Shown here: positions 1-9,187 of the stretch, piece after piece
Position numbering within the stretch: position 1 is the first letter of the stretch
Layout: each line of letters starts with the position of its first letter
Origin: Aerosakkonema sp. BLCC-F183
GTDB lineage: Bacteria; Cyanobacteriota; Cyanobacteriia; Cyanobacteriales; Aerosakkonemataceae
NCBI RefSeq assembly: GCF_041929145.1
Contig: NZ_JBHFNU010000005.1
Span: 84,868 to 110,476, forward strand
Length of the DNA stretch: 25,609 nucleotides
Direction: 5' to 3'
Program-made: the position numbers and the translations under genes
Notes under the pieces: model-generated
The model's input: only the letters and a program-made list of their open reading frames with translations
What the model was told of the DNA's origin: nothing
Databases searched by the model: none

Positions 1-191
1 TACAGTCAGAAGCGGATAGCCTGAATGTAGATGATTTTTGGAATTAGGTTTGACAAGCGAAGATATACAGAACTTTTCAACGCTTTTGAACAATCTTAAA
101 TAAATGGAATATAAAGGTTATTGTGGAGGGTGACATTGGATGATTTCCAACTATTTTTCCCTTAAAAGGCTCTTATTCAGGAGCTAACAAA

Positions 192-674
192 ATGAATCAG
201 GGTGGCAAAGCAAATGAATTTGGTAAACGTTTAGAAAGTCTTGTAGAAACAACATTGCAAACACACGGATATATTAATTTATGCAACCAAGTACCTGAAA
301 AGCAACGCTTAGAAACACTCCATTATGCTATCGTACCAAAACGATATGGCAAGCAGGTTTACATCGGTAAGGGAATTTATGAAACTGATATTAAGGTAGA
401 TTTTTACGTTGTTGGTTTACCAACTATTCCTCATCGCTTAATCATCGAATGCAAATGGCAACAAACTAAAGGCTCGGTTGATGAAAAATTTCCCTACTTA
501 AATTTAAATATTCTAGAACATTATCTAGAGAAAACTATTGTAATAATTGCTGGAACATCGGCTAGGGAAGGAGCAATTAAGTGGTTTGAAAACCGGGTAA
601 AAGATAATCCAAACCTTTTGGCAGTCTATAATTCGATGGATAGTTTTATGGTATGGGCAAACAGAAATTTTTAA
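192..674 (+). CDS. Putative restriction endonuclease (small PD-(D/E)XK-type nuclease) paired with the Dam-family methyltransferase
   Basis: 160 aa ORF with ATG at 192 and AGGAG about 10 nt upstream. It has a D...(E)CK arrangement (TDIKVDF ... IIECKWQQTKG) compatible with a PD-(D/E)XK catalytic core. It is convergent with the adjacent Dam-like MTase and overlaps it by 29 nt at the 3' ends. The call is by context and motif only. Confidence 0.35.
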   Translation: MNQGGKANEFGKRLESLVETTLQTHGYINLCNQVPEKQRLETLHYAIVPKRYGKQVYIGKGIYETDIKVDFYVVGLPTIPHRLIIECKWQQTKGSVDEKFPYLNLNILEHYLEKTIVIIAGTSAREGAIKWFENRVKDNPNLLAVYNSMDSFMVWANRNF

Positions 675-1506
675 CTCTTACTAAAACTTCAGAAATCATG
701 CCCCTTTTCTTCGCATTGGAGTTAATATACCTTGCTGCTAATATATCCTCAATATGAAAATCTTTGTACAATTCTCGAATAAATTCGCAATTGGAATTAG
801 ACAGCATTACTTTTACGTCTTGACTGGCGAGTTTGGCAAACACTTCTTTTAGCCTAATTTGGTCTTCTTTCCTAAACGCATTGCGAGTATAAGCTGTAAA
901 TTCGCTGGTATTGCTGAGAGGATAGTACGGGGGATCGAAATAAACAAAATCATCGCTAGTTTTCGCATAATCTAAAACAGCCTCAAAACTTCTTTCTGCA
1001 ATCTCAACGCCTTGAAGTGTTTTTGATACTGTGTAAAGTAAATCTGGATTAGAAATTTTAGGATTTTTGTATTTACCTACAGGTACGTTAAATTCACCTT
1101 TCGGGTTAACTCTATAAAGACCGTTGAAGCAAGTTTTATTGAGATAAATAAACCGCGCAGCTGCTTCTAACCCCTTCAAATCATGGCAATTTCGTAAATT
1201 GTAATAGTAATCTGAATTATGTTTTTGTTGATGTTCTTCCAAAAGAGCAATCAACTTATCAACACGATCTCTAACACAAATATATGTATTAATTAAGTCA
1301 GGATTAATATCTGTTAAAACAGCTTTGAATGCTGGTCGAGTTTGTTTAAGGTAAAAGAATACTGCACCGCCTCCCAAAAAAGGTTCGTAATAGGTCTTAA
1401 ATTCCTTGGGAAAAAATGTCTCATATTGAGTAATCAACTTACTTTTACCACCAGCCCATTTGAGAAACGGACGAACAGAAACCTTGTCTTTAGCAGTAGT
1501 GGACAT
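646..1506 (-). CDS. dam: Dam-family (class D12) N6-adenine DNA methyltransferase, probably GATC-specific
   Basis: 286 aa with ATG at 1506. The N-terminal SAM-binding motif FLKWAGGKSKL...EPFLGGGAVF and the catalytic DPPY motif (YFDPPYYP) are both present. These are the hallmark motifs of Dam/DpnM-type MTases. Confidence 0.85.
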   Translation of the reverse strand: MSTTAKDKVSVRPFLKWAGGKSKLITQYETFFPKEFKTYYEPFLGGGAVFFYLKQTRPAFKAVLTDINPDLINTYICVRDRVDKLIALLEEHQQKHNSDYYYNLRNCHDLKGLEAAARFIYLNKTCFNGLYRVNPKGEFNVPVGKYKNPKISNPDLLYTVSKTLQGVEIAERSFEAVLDYAKTSDDFVYFDPPYYPLSNTSEFTAYTRNAFRKEDQIRLKEVFAKLASQDVKVMLSNSNCEFIRELYKDFHIEDILAARYINSNAKKRGMISEVLVRVKNFCLPIP

Positions 1507-1839
1507 CGATCTAAAAACCTAACTTATAAAAAATGTAGAGGGATTAATAATCTTATCAAAATTAAACTCAAAAATCTGATGACAACACCACGAAAAGAAC
1601 AGTTTAGCTTGTCCGATCGGTCAATGTCTGGGTGATGCGGTAGGCAGTCGGGTAGAAGGCGATCCGCCGGATGTCTGCCAAAATTATGTTAACTGCGAAC
1701 TGAAGGCGAAGCAACCAACAGATCGCGATCGCTTTCCTTTCCCCTTTGGACAGTATACCGACGATTTGCAGCTAGCGCGAGAACTTTTGCAAAGTTATGT
1801 TGCGTGCGGTAAGTTTGACGCCCGCTCTCCCGCTCTTCC

Positions 1840-2490
1840 CTAGCCCCTAAACAAGTCCGCGCTGCGCCATAGATACCAGGAAGCGATCGTGCGATAAGGC
1901 TTCCACCGCTGTCCCACACGATCGACAGTTTTTTTGTCAGGAAGTTCGCTTAAGTTATAGATGCGGCGAATACCGGCACGAATACCTAAATCATCAACAG
2001 GTAAAATATCCCAGCGATGCAGGCGGAAGATTAACAACATTTCCACCGTCCAACGTCCGATACCTTTAATTGGCATTAAAGTTTGAACGATCGTTTCGTC
2101 ATCGCATTCGGACAATTGCGCTAAAGTTGGCAATCCATCCTGTATTTTTTGAGCTAAATCTTTCAAATAAGAGATTTTGGGACGAGAAATACCTATTTGT
2201 CGCAACACTTCGTCTGGTGTGTTAAGCACATCTAATGCACTAGGGAAAGGTCGATCCGGATAAAGCTGTTCAAATCTACGAAAAATGGTTGCGGCTGCTT
2301 TGATGGAAAGTTGCTGATAAACGATCGATCGCGATAAGGAAAACAGTAGGTCGCCACGAAACTGTACGCGATCGAGTTCGCAAGCACCCACGCGATCGAT
2401 TAGATTTGCCAAAATCGGATCGGACTCTTTAAGAGTAGCGAGAGCGAGTGAGTAATCTATCTTCAATTCCGACTGTGCAAGGGAGTCCAT
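1840..2490 (-). CDS. alkA: HhH-GPD superfamily DNA glycosylase (AlkA-like DNA-3-methyladenine glycosylase II)
   Basis: 216 aa with ATG at 2490. It has a helix-hairpin-helix plus Gly/Pro-rich loop (LMPIKGIGRWTVEMLLIFRL) followed by a conserved Asp (WDILPVDDLGIRAG), which is typical of AlkA/MPG-type glycosylases. Confidence 0.8.
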   Translation of the reverse strand: MDSLAQSELKIDYSLALATLKESDPILANLIDRVGACELDRVQFRGDLLFSLSRSIVYQQLSIKAAATIFRRFEQLYPDRPFPSALDVLNTPDEVLRQIGISRPKISYLKDLAQKIQDGLPTLAQLSECDDETIVQTLMPIKGIGRWTVEMLLIFRLHRWDILPVDDLGIRAGIRRIYNLSELPDKKTVDRVGQRWKPYRTIASWYLWRSADLFRG

Positions 2491-3192
2491 TTGTTTGATA
2501 GTAGGATCTTAGTTAAGGAATTGTAGGTTGGGTTGACGCCAGGAAACCCAACACTACCCCCTTTATCTTCTTCCTCTTCTATAAGCGCTCTTCGCGTCTA
2601 ATTCGCTATCGCGAATCGCTTCGCTAAGGCGGTTCGTTAAAAAAGGGGGTAATCAACCCGGATTTAATATAATCCCTAACTATCCTAACCGAGTTTAGGC
2701 TAAAACGCGGGTAGTCTAGATTCGACTGGATAGTCGATCGCGCAAATACAGGCAGCATGGTGATTATTACTACATCAGATCGAGAGAAGTCTTTCCTGAA
2801 ATCAAAAACCATATAGTGAAATTGTCAGATCCGAGTTTTTTGATGAGCTTGGCAAGGCTGAATAAACCGGGTTTCTCAACGTCAAATCTGGGCTTTCAAG
2901 GATAGTTGTAAGAAACCCGGTTTCTGACTATGGTCGAACCTTCCGGAACTTTATTTAAAGGCTGCGAATCTTAGAACAGGATCGGCAAAAAATCAATTTT
3001 TTGCGAGCAATTCCAATAGTCGAAAAGCCCTGAGCTAGGTATTGCGATTTAGCTCCTCATCTTAACTTTCCTGAGCTTTCAGCTTTAAAGGGGTTGAGTG
3101 CAAGCGTTTATTTAGAAACGTATTGCCTAAATTTTGCCGATCTATTTCTGGGCTAGTTTAACACCAAACTTAATTCCTTAAGGAGAACATTC

Positions 3193-3768
3193 ATGAAGTT
3201 TCTAAACCTATTTCTGGCTGCGGCTACATTAATTAGTTCTTTTCCTAGCGCCGCTTTTGCTAATGCCAAAGTTCAAATTTTAGGCGCAAGCTATGGTGGT
3301 AGCGGTTGTCCGAATCTATCCGCCAGCGTGAGCGTTAGCCCGGACGGTCAAGAGCTAACTATTCTATTCGATAAGTTTACAGCTCTGGGGAATGTGGCAG
3401 CAGAAAGACGGAAAAGCTGTAATTTGAGCATTCCGATCAAGTTACCTCAAGGCTATCAAATTTCCCTCTACGATGCTGATTATCGCGGCTATGTTGCGCC
3501 TGGAACTACTGCGAACTTACGAGCGGAATACTTTTTTGCGGGTAATCGCGGCCCAGTTTTTTCTCGGACTTTCAGGGGCGAAACTAACTATAACGTTCGA
3601 GATAGTTTATCAACTGTGGCTAATGTTTGGTCGAGCTGTGGCGATAGTGTAAATATGCGGGTGAATGCGGCGATGACCGCCAGCGGTTCCGGAATGGCCA
3701 CCGTTGACTCTTTCGATCTCGCTCACCGTGGTTTAGTTTATCACATCAAATATCGCAGCTGTCGCTAA
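3193..3768 (+). CDS. Secreted protein of unknown function with N-terminal signal peptide (possibly DUF4360-like, Cys-containing)
   Basis: 191 aa with ATG at 3193 and a strong SD (AAGGAGAA) 7-14 nt upstream. The N-terminus MKFLNLFLAAATLISSFPSAAFANA is a classical Sec signal with an AxA cleavage site. Several cysteines are spread through the protein and a terminator hairpin follows the stop codon. Confidence 0.6.
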   Translation: MKFLNLFLAAATLISSFPSAAFANAKVQILGASYGGSGCPNLSASVSVSPDGQELTILFDKFTALGNVAAERRKSCNLSIPIKLPQGYQISLYDADYRGYVAPGTTANLRAEYFFAGNRGPVFSRTFRGETNYNVRDSLSTVANVWSSCGDSVNMRVNAAMTASGSGMATVDSFDLAHRGLVYHIKYRSCR

Positions 3769-3776
3769 TTGAAAGA

Positions 3777-3806
3777 GCGGGGGCTATATGCCCCTGTTTC
3801 TGTCTG
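3777..3806 (+). terminator. Rho-independent terminator-like hairpin after the secreted-protein gene
   Basis: GCGGGGGC-TATAT-GCCCCTG stem-loop followed by a T-rich stretch (TTTCTGTCT), 9 nt after the stop codon at 3768. Confidence 0.5.
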
Positions 3807-3928
3807 GTGCGGGATTGCGATCGTCAAGTAATATGGTAGAAATTGTTTACTGAGTCTCTGGCAACCAAATCGTTGCCTGACCAGGCGCACTCAGCCCAGA
3901 CACTAATTTAAGTTATCAGCACCTACCG

Positions 3929-5053
3929 ATGGAAAAGAAACCACAGCAACCCCTGTATATATTAAAAAAAGCGCAGCCGCCAAATGCTGAAGCACCTACA
4001 CCCTTACCGCAGTTACAAGAAACAAATCAGCCTCTGAACGAACTTTTGGAAAAGCCGAAAGAGCAAAAACTCGACCTTTCGCTTAAGCTAAAAACCAAGC
4101 CGAAACTGAAGGAATCGAATCAGGTAAAAGAGAAGATAATTTATCCCAAAATAGAGAGGGCGAGATTGCGCCAGATGCGGTATTATGAAAGGGGAAAAAG
4201 ACAAGCTCCTCCCTCTCATCCTGTCGGGACTCCTCAAGATGACCAATTCCAGCACAGGGCGATTGGTTTGATTTCTGCGAAATATATACCTTCTACAGCA
4301 CATAAAAATAGCAAAGAATGGTTTAAAGGCATTCTGTTGACAGAGGACAATACGAGCGTTGATGCGGTAGTGTTGGGAAAAGTAAAAGCAGTGATTCAAT
4401 CACCCAAACTCGACCCAGAAAAAGAGCGTCTGTTTGTTGTCTATCCCAGAACTCCTCAAGTTAACAAACAGCCAAAAAAGGAAGAAACCGATAAAGAGCC
4501 GGGAAAATCTGATTTATCCGATGCAGAATCAGCAGTTGAAAAACCGCAAACTGAGGGTGAAATAAAGCAACCAACTAATGAAGCCAATCAAGCTAATGAA
4601 GCTAATGAAGCTAATCAAGCTAATCAAATTTCTGCCCCAGCGTCTGAGGATTCCCAAAATCAACGATCGCCAAAACTTCACGTACAAATATGCGGGATTT
4701 GGGAGCCGGAAATATTCCAACAAGGCATGGAACTTAAGCCGGATTATCCCATCGAACCGGATTACTTTTCTGTACATGGAGAAGTGATATTTCAAAATCA
4801 GGAAGAGCAGTGGATTTTGGTCAAAATTATCCAAGCTCCGAAACAACCAGATGGCAAACCGTTCTTTTTTAAATTGAAACTATGGGGGAATCTCGGCTGT
4901 AAAGCTTGCAAGCAACTTTGGTCTTTTAAAGTCAAGCGGGAAGGGGAAGATTTGAAAATTGTCAGTTCCGAAAAGATCGGGATTTTTGTATCGGATAGGA
5001 AAAAGTTTAAGGGCAAAGGAAAAAAACCAAAAAGTAAGCCGAGAAAAGGATAA
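3929..5053 (+). CDS. Hypothetical low-complexity Lys/Glu/Pro/Gln-rich protein with NEANQ tandem repeats and a basic C-terminal tail
   Basis: 374 aa with ATG at 3929. About 240 aa of predicted disorder are rich in PK/EK/PQ, with a 9-nt tandem repeat encoding NEANQANEANEANQANQ. The C-terminal ~130 aa look globular with Cys pairs (CGIW...GCKACK) and end in KGKGKKPKSKPRKG. No family was recognised. Confidence 0.45.
   Translation: MEKKPQQPLYILKKAQPPNAEAPTPLPQLQETNQPLNELLEKPKEQKLDLSLKLKTKPKLKESNQVKEKIIYPKIERARLRQMRYYERGKRQAPPSHPVGTPQDDQFQHRAIGLISAKYIPSTAHKNSKEWFKGILLTEDNTSVDAVVLGKVKAVIQSPKLDPEKERLFVVYPRTPQVNKQPKKEETDKEPGKSDLSDAESAVEKPQTEGEIKQPTNEANQANEANEANQANQISAPASEDSQNQRSPKLHVQICGIWEPEIFQQGMELKPDYPIEPDYFSVHGEVIFQNQEEQWILVKIIQAPKQPDGKPFFFKLKLWGNLGCKACKQLWSFKVKREGEDLKIVSSEKIGIFVSDRKKFKGKGKKPKSKPRKG
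4578..4627 (+). repeat. In-frame 9-nt tandem repeat (GCTAAT[G/C]AA x~5) inside the low-complexity CDS
   Basis: Direct reading: aagccaatcaagctaatgaagctaatgaagctaatcaagctaatcaa. Confidence 0.8.
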
Positions 5054-5186
5054 ATACTCAGCAGTTAGAGGGTGCGATCGCAATGGCCGCACCTGCAACT
5101 GTAGCGATCGAATCAACTCCGATCGACTTATTTTACAACAGGTGAACACAGGAATTGCAGTCACAACCTATACAGGGAAAAGCCAG

Positions 5187-5786
5187 ATGAAATTAAAAGA
5201 GCAACCTGAAATTGCATTGGCGGTGGAAGACTTAGGCATTCCGCTGACCCTCCGCATCAATGGCAAAACCTACTCCTTGCGTGTAGAGGCGCGAGTAACG
5301 TTATTAGATGCGCTGCGGGAATATTTAGGGCTAACGGGAACAAAAAAAGGATGCGATCGCGGACAATGTGGCGCTTGTACAGTTTTGTGCGACGGAGAGC
5401 GGATTTACTCGTGTTTGGCTCTTGCGGCGATGCAAGACGGAAAAGAAATTACTACGATTGAAGGTTTAGCCAACGGCGATACTCTCCATCCCGTACAAGC
5501 TGCGTTTATCGAACAAGACGGCTTTCAGTGCGGCTATTGCACCCCCGGTCAAATTTGCGCTTCTGTAGCGCTGATCGAGGAAGTAAAACAGGGATGTGCG
5601 AGTGCAGTAACGCCGGATCTCACCCATCCTCCCCAACTCGCCGAACTCTCAGAATCGGAAATCAAAGAACGTCTCAGCGGTAACTTGTGCCGATGCGGTG
5701 CCTATAACGGTATTGTCGCAGCTGTTGGACAAGCGATCGGACAAACACCCCCACCCCCCGAAGCGCTTGTTCTCGTTGAGGAGTAA
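5187..5786 (+). CDS. Xanthine dehydrogenase/CO dehydrogenase-family small subunit, [2Fe-2S]-binding (CoxS/XdhC/PaoA-like)
   Basis: Two Fe-S cysteine clusters are present, a plant-ferredoxin-like CDRGQCGACTV and a second QCGYCTPG ... CRCGAY. The start was moved to the ATG at 5187 (MKLKEQ..., AGGGA about 12 nt upstream), because the track ORF start at 4959 would overlap the previous gene by 95 nt. Confidence 0.85.
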   Translation: MKLKEQPEIALAVEDLGIPLTLRINGKTYSLRVEARVTLLDALREYLGLTGTKKGCDRGQCGACTVLCDGERIYSCLALAAMQDGKEITTIEGLANGDTLHPVQAAFIEQDGFQCGYCTPGQICASVALIEEVKQGCASAVTPDLTHPPQLAELSESEIKERLSGNLCRCGAYNGIVAAVGQAIGQTPPPPEALVLVEE

Positions 5787-5837
5787 TATCATATCCGGTA
5801 GCATCGGTATCATAAAAAATGCGTTCGATCGGAATTC

Positions 5838-5878
5838 TTATCTGCGTTCATCTGCGTTCATCTGTCTTTCATCTGCGG
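5838..5878. repeat. Short tandem repeat (ATCTGCGTTC x2 plus degenerate copies) in the intergenic gap of the molybdoenzyme operon
   Basis: ttatctgcgttcatctgcgttcatctgtctttcatctgcgg. Confidence 0.7.
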
Positions 5879-6037
5879 TAAAAATTTAACCCTTAATTCC
5901 CACAGATAATCTTTCGCATCAGTCATGTACTACCGATACAACCGGACACGATATAATTTCCTAATTTTTCTGCTTTTCTTCAAAACTAATTGCACAGATA
6001 AAACGCTCTATTTTCTATTCCGAGACAAAGCCAAATC

Positions 6038-7033
6038 ATGAAAAACTTTGCTTACATTCGCGCCACTTCAGTGCAAGAGGCAGTAACGCGAGCGATCGAC
6101 GATAATGAAGCAAGATTCATTGCTGGCGGTACAAACTTGCTCGATCGCATCAAGGGATATCTGGAAAATCCATCCCAAGTAATCGATATTTCCCGCCTCC
6201 AGATGCAGCCGATCGAACCCTTACCGGCAGGGGGTTTGCGGATTGGAGCCTTAGCAACGAATACCGCTGTTGCCGATTATCCCTACGTGCGACGCCACTA
6301 CCCGCTATTATCTCGCGCCATTCTCTCCGGTGCTTCCCAACAAATCCGCAACGTCGCTACAGTGGGAGGCAATCTCCTCCAACGCACGCGCTGTGCTTAT
6401 TTTTACGATCCGGCTTTCCCTTGCAATAAGCGACAGCCCGGAAGCGGTTGCGCTGCGATCGCGGGAATAAACCGCACTCATGCTATCTTGGGTGCAAGCG
6501 ATCGATGCGTTGCCGTGCATCCTTCCGATATGTGCGTTGCTCTGGCTGCTCTCGATGCTGTTGTGGAAGTGGAAGGATGGCAGGGGACGCGACAAATTCC
6601 TTTTGATGACTTCCACCGTTTGCCGGGAAATACCCCCGAACGCGATACCAATTTAGAAGTTGGGGAACTGATTACCGCAGTCATTCTGCCGGCTTTACCA
6701 GCTGCTAAATCGGGTGTATATCTGAAATTGCGCGATCGTACTTCCTATACTTTTGCTTTAGTTTCTGTAGCGGCTGCTGTCGAAGTAGCAGATAATCGCA
6801 TTCGGGATGTTCGCATCGCGCTCGGTGGAGTTGCCCATAAACCTTGGCGAGCTTTGGAAGCAGAACAATTTTTGCGGGAAAAACCTGTGGATGTTGCTTT
6901 ATTCCAACAAGCAGCAAACATCTCTTTACAAGAAGCCAAACCGCTACAACATAACAGTTTTAAAGTTGAAATGGCAAAACGAGCGATCGAGAAAGCGCTA
7001 GTTACATCGGTTCAGAAAGGAAGCAACGTATGA
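6038..7033 (+). CDS. Xanthine dehydrogenase-family medium subunit, FAD-binding (CoxM/PaoB-like)
   Basis: 331 aa. The N-terminus FAYIRATSVQEAV...FIAGGTNLLD is the FAD-binding PCMH-fold signature of molybdopterin dehydrogenase FAD subunits. Its stop codon overlaps the next gene's ATG (ATGA at 7030-7033). Confidence 0.85.
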   Translation: MKNFAYIRATSVQEAVTRAIDDNEARFIAGGTNLLDRIKGYLENPSQVIDISRLQMQPIEPLPAGGLRIGALATNTAVADYPYVRRHYPLLSRAILSGASQQIRNVATVGGNLLQRTRCAYFYDPAFPCNKRQPGSGCAAIAGINRTHAILGASDRCVAVHPSDMCVALAALDAVVEVEGWQGTRQIPFDDFHRLPGNTPERDTNLEVGELITAVILPALPAAKSGVYLKLRDRTSYTFALVSVAAAVEVADNRIRDVRIALGGVAHKPWRALEAEQFLREKPVDVALFQQAANISLQEAKPLQHNSFKVEMAKRAIEKALVTSVQKGSNV

Positions 7034-9135
7034 GCAAAGTTATCGGCACATCTGTCAATCGCCACGAGGGACGCGCTAAAGTTACAGGCACGGCAACTTA
7101 CGGTGCGGAACATCAAATTTCCGAATTGGTTTACGGTTATTTAATCGTAGCTACCATTGCCAACGGTCGCATCAAAAAGATGGAGCTTAAAGAAGCTCAA
7201 GATTCTGACGGTGTACTGGCAATTTTTACCCATGAAAATATGCCAGCGTTCCCAAAAGCTAATGAGGGGACAAGTTTCCATATTGGCGAACCCAGGCTTC
7301 CTTTAGCAGACGATCGCATTCATTATGGGGGGCAAATTATTGGGTTAGTTGTTGCCGATACTCTAGAACGTGCCTGTCACGCGGCTTCGTTAGTTAAGGT
7401 GGAATACGAAATCGAAACACCGACGATCGATCGGCAACAAGCATCATTTCAGAAATCGCCACGGGATGCTTCTTTTGAACAGGGAAATGTCGCCGATGCT
7501 TTAGTAACAGCGCCCGTCAAAATATCAGCAACCTACACAACGCCAAGACAATTGCACGCGATGATGGAGCCTCACCCCATTATCGCACAATGGCACGATC
7601 GCAATTCGTTGACGGTTTGCGAACCAACGCAGTGGCTATTTTTGCAACAGCGCACTTATGCAACTTTGTTTGGCATTCCGGTTGAGCAAGTGCGGGTAAT
7701 TAGTCCTTATATTGGTGGTGGATTTGGAGCTAAAGCTTGGCCTTGGCCTCATGCTATTCTTTGTATAGCGGCAGCACGGGAAATTAATCGTCCGCTGAAA
7801 GTTGTTGTCTCTCGGCAACAAATGGCGGCGATTGTCGGACATCGTTCGCCAACAGAACAAACGATCGAATTGGGAGCAAGTCAGTCGGGTCAGCTAATTG
7901 CGATCGCTCATGCTGCCAAATCCTACACTTCCCCCGTTAATCCCAAATATGTGGAAAATTGTATCGGCGTTACCCCTACCATGTACGCTGCACCGAATTT
8001 GTGCGTCGAGCAAGAAATTGCGGTTGTGAATGTAGGAATGCCGACTTTTATGCGGGCACCGGGAGAAAACCCAGGAATGTATGCGTTAGAATCGGCGATG
8101 GATGAACTCGCCTGGGCGTTACAAATCGATCCGATCGAACTGCGTTTAAAAAATGCCACAACAGAACATCAACGCAAAAAACTTCCCTTTTCATCGAAAC
8201 ACTTTGCGGAATGTTTGAAGCTGGGTGCAGAACAATTTCGATGGTGCGATCGCCCCATGCAAACTAAGGCAATTAGCCGCGATGATAAATTAGTCGGTTG
8301 GGGAATGGCAGCCGCAACATTTCCCGCTATTCGGATGGGAGCTTCTGCCACAGTACGTTTGCTTTTAGATGGAACGGCGCAGGTTTTAACGGCAGCAAAC
8401 GATATGGGGACGGGTAGTTATACTGTTGTAGCGATCGCAGCCGCAGAAACTCTCGATCTTCCTGTTTATAAAATTAAAGTAGAAATTGGCGATTCTCGCT
8501 TTCCTAATGGTGGACTTGCGGGAGGTTCGATGATGACAGCTTCCCTCGCGCCTGCGGTGGTGAATGCTTGTCAATTGTTACTGCAAGAAGTAAATGCGAA
8601 AAATGCGACAGAAGCTGTAATTGCGCTGCGTGAATCTGGGCGTCCTTTTTTGGAAATGACTGCATCCAGTCAACCGGGAGAAGAAGGGAAACAGTGGGCA
8701 TTTCAATCTTGGGGCGCTCATTTTTGTGAAGTGGAAGTAGACGAATTGCTGGGTCGAGTGCAGGTAAAGCGCTGGATTTCTGTGATGGATGTGGGTCGAG
8801 CGATGAATGCCAAAGCAGCTGCCAGTCAAATTCGCGGCGGTGTTATCATGGGAATTGGAGAAGCTTTGATGGAAGAATGCCTTCACGATCTAAATCTGGG
8901 ATTACCTGTTATTAAAGATTTGGCAACTTATCACATTCCCGTTAATGCAGATATTCCGCGTATTGAAGTGTCTTTCGTCGGTAAACCGGATCTGAATTTT
9001 AATCCTTTGGGTGTGCGCGGTTGCGGCGAAATTGCCATTACCGGCGTATCTGCTGCGATCGCTAATGCAGTTTATCACGCTACTGGCAAACGCATTCGCA
9101 ATTTACCGATTACAGCGGACAAGTTGCTGTTGTGA
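7030..9135 (+). CDS. Xanthine dehydrogenase/aldehyde oxidase-family large subunit, molybdopterin (Moco)-binding (CoxL/PaoC-like)
   Basis: 701 aa. It has the a/b-hammerhead N-domain followed by Moco-binding domains (GGGFGAK, typical MPT-binding segments). It is translationally coupled to the FAD subunit. Confidence 0.88.
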   Translation: MSKVIGTSVNRHEGRAKVTGTATYGAEHQISELVYGYLIVATIANGRIKKMELKEAQDSDGVLAIFTHENMPAFPKANEGTSFHIGEPRLPLADDRIHYGGQIIGLVVADTLERACHAASLVKVEYEIETPTIDRQQASFQKSPRDASFEQGNVADALVTAPVKISATYTTPRQLHAMMEPHPIIAQWHDRNSLTVCEPTQWLFLQQRTYATLFGIPVEQVRVISPYIGGGFGAKAWPWPHAILCIAAAREINRPLKVVVSRQQMAAIVGHRSPTEQTIELGASQSGQLIAIAHAAKSYTSPVNPKYVENCIGVTPTMYAAPNLCVEQEIAVVNVGMPTFMRAPGENPGMYALESAMDELAWALQIDPIELRLKNATTEHQRKKLPFSSKHFAECLKLGAEQFRWCDRPMQTKAISRDDKLVGWGMAAATFPAIRMGASATVRLLLDGTAQVLTAANDMGTGSYTVVAIAAAETLDLPVYKIKVEIGDSRFPNGGLAGGSMMTASLAPAVVNACQLLLQEVNAKNATEAVIALRESGRPFLEMTASSQPGEEGKQWAFQSWGAHFCEVEVDELLGRVQVKRWISVMDVGRAMNAKAAASQIRGGVIMGIGEALMEECLHDLNLGLPVIKDLATYHIPVNADIPRIEVSFVGKPDLNFNPLGVRGCGEIAITGVSAAIANAVYHATGKRIRNLPITADKLLL

Positions 9136-9138
9136 GGT

Positions 9139-9187
9139 AAAGTCAAAAGTCAAAAGTCAAAAGTCAAAAGTCAAAAGTCAAAAGTAA
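9139..9187. repeat. Heptanucleotide tandem repeat (AAGTCAA x~7)
   Basis: aaagtcaaaagtcaaaagtcaaaagtcaaaagtcaaaagtcaaaagtaa immediately after the large-subunit stop codon. Heptamer tandem repeats are a known cyanobacterial genome feature. Confidence 0.9.

Noticed and set aside
1342-1919. ORFs 1342..1635(+) and 1689..1919(-)
   Set aside because: They are antisense to, or overlapping, the well-supported dam and alkA genes. They have no motifs and are probably frame-shadow ORFs.
4088-5164. Several 70-105 aa ORFs on both strands inside the 3929..5053 gene (4088..4399-, 4529..4846-, 4578..4787+, 4798..5016-, 4880..5164-)
   Set aside because: These are shadow ORFs of a low-complexity repeat-bearing gene, and none has a recognisable domain.
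4959-5186. Upstream 228-nt extension of the 2Fe-2S subunit ORF (track start at 4959)
   Set aside because: It would overlap the preceding 374-aa gene by about 95 nt and adds a non-conserved basic leader. The internal ATG at 5187 has an AGGGA SD-like sequence and begins the conserved domain.
6270-8886. Numerous 60-100 aa ORFs on both strands inside the FAD and Moco subunit genes
   Set aside because: They are embedded in strongly supported CDSs, so they are frame-shadow artefacts.
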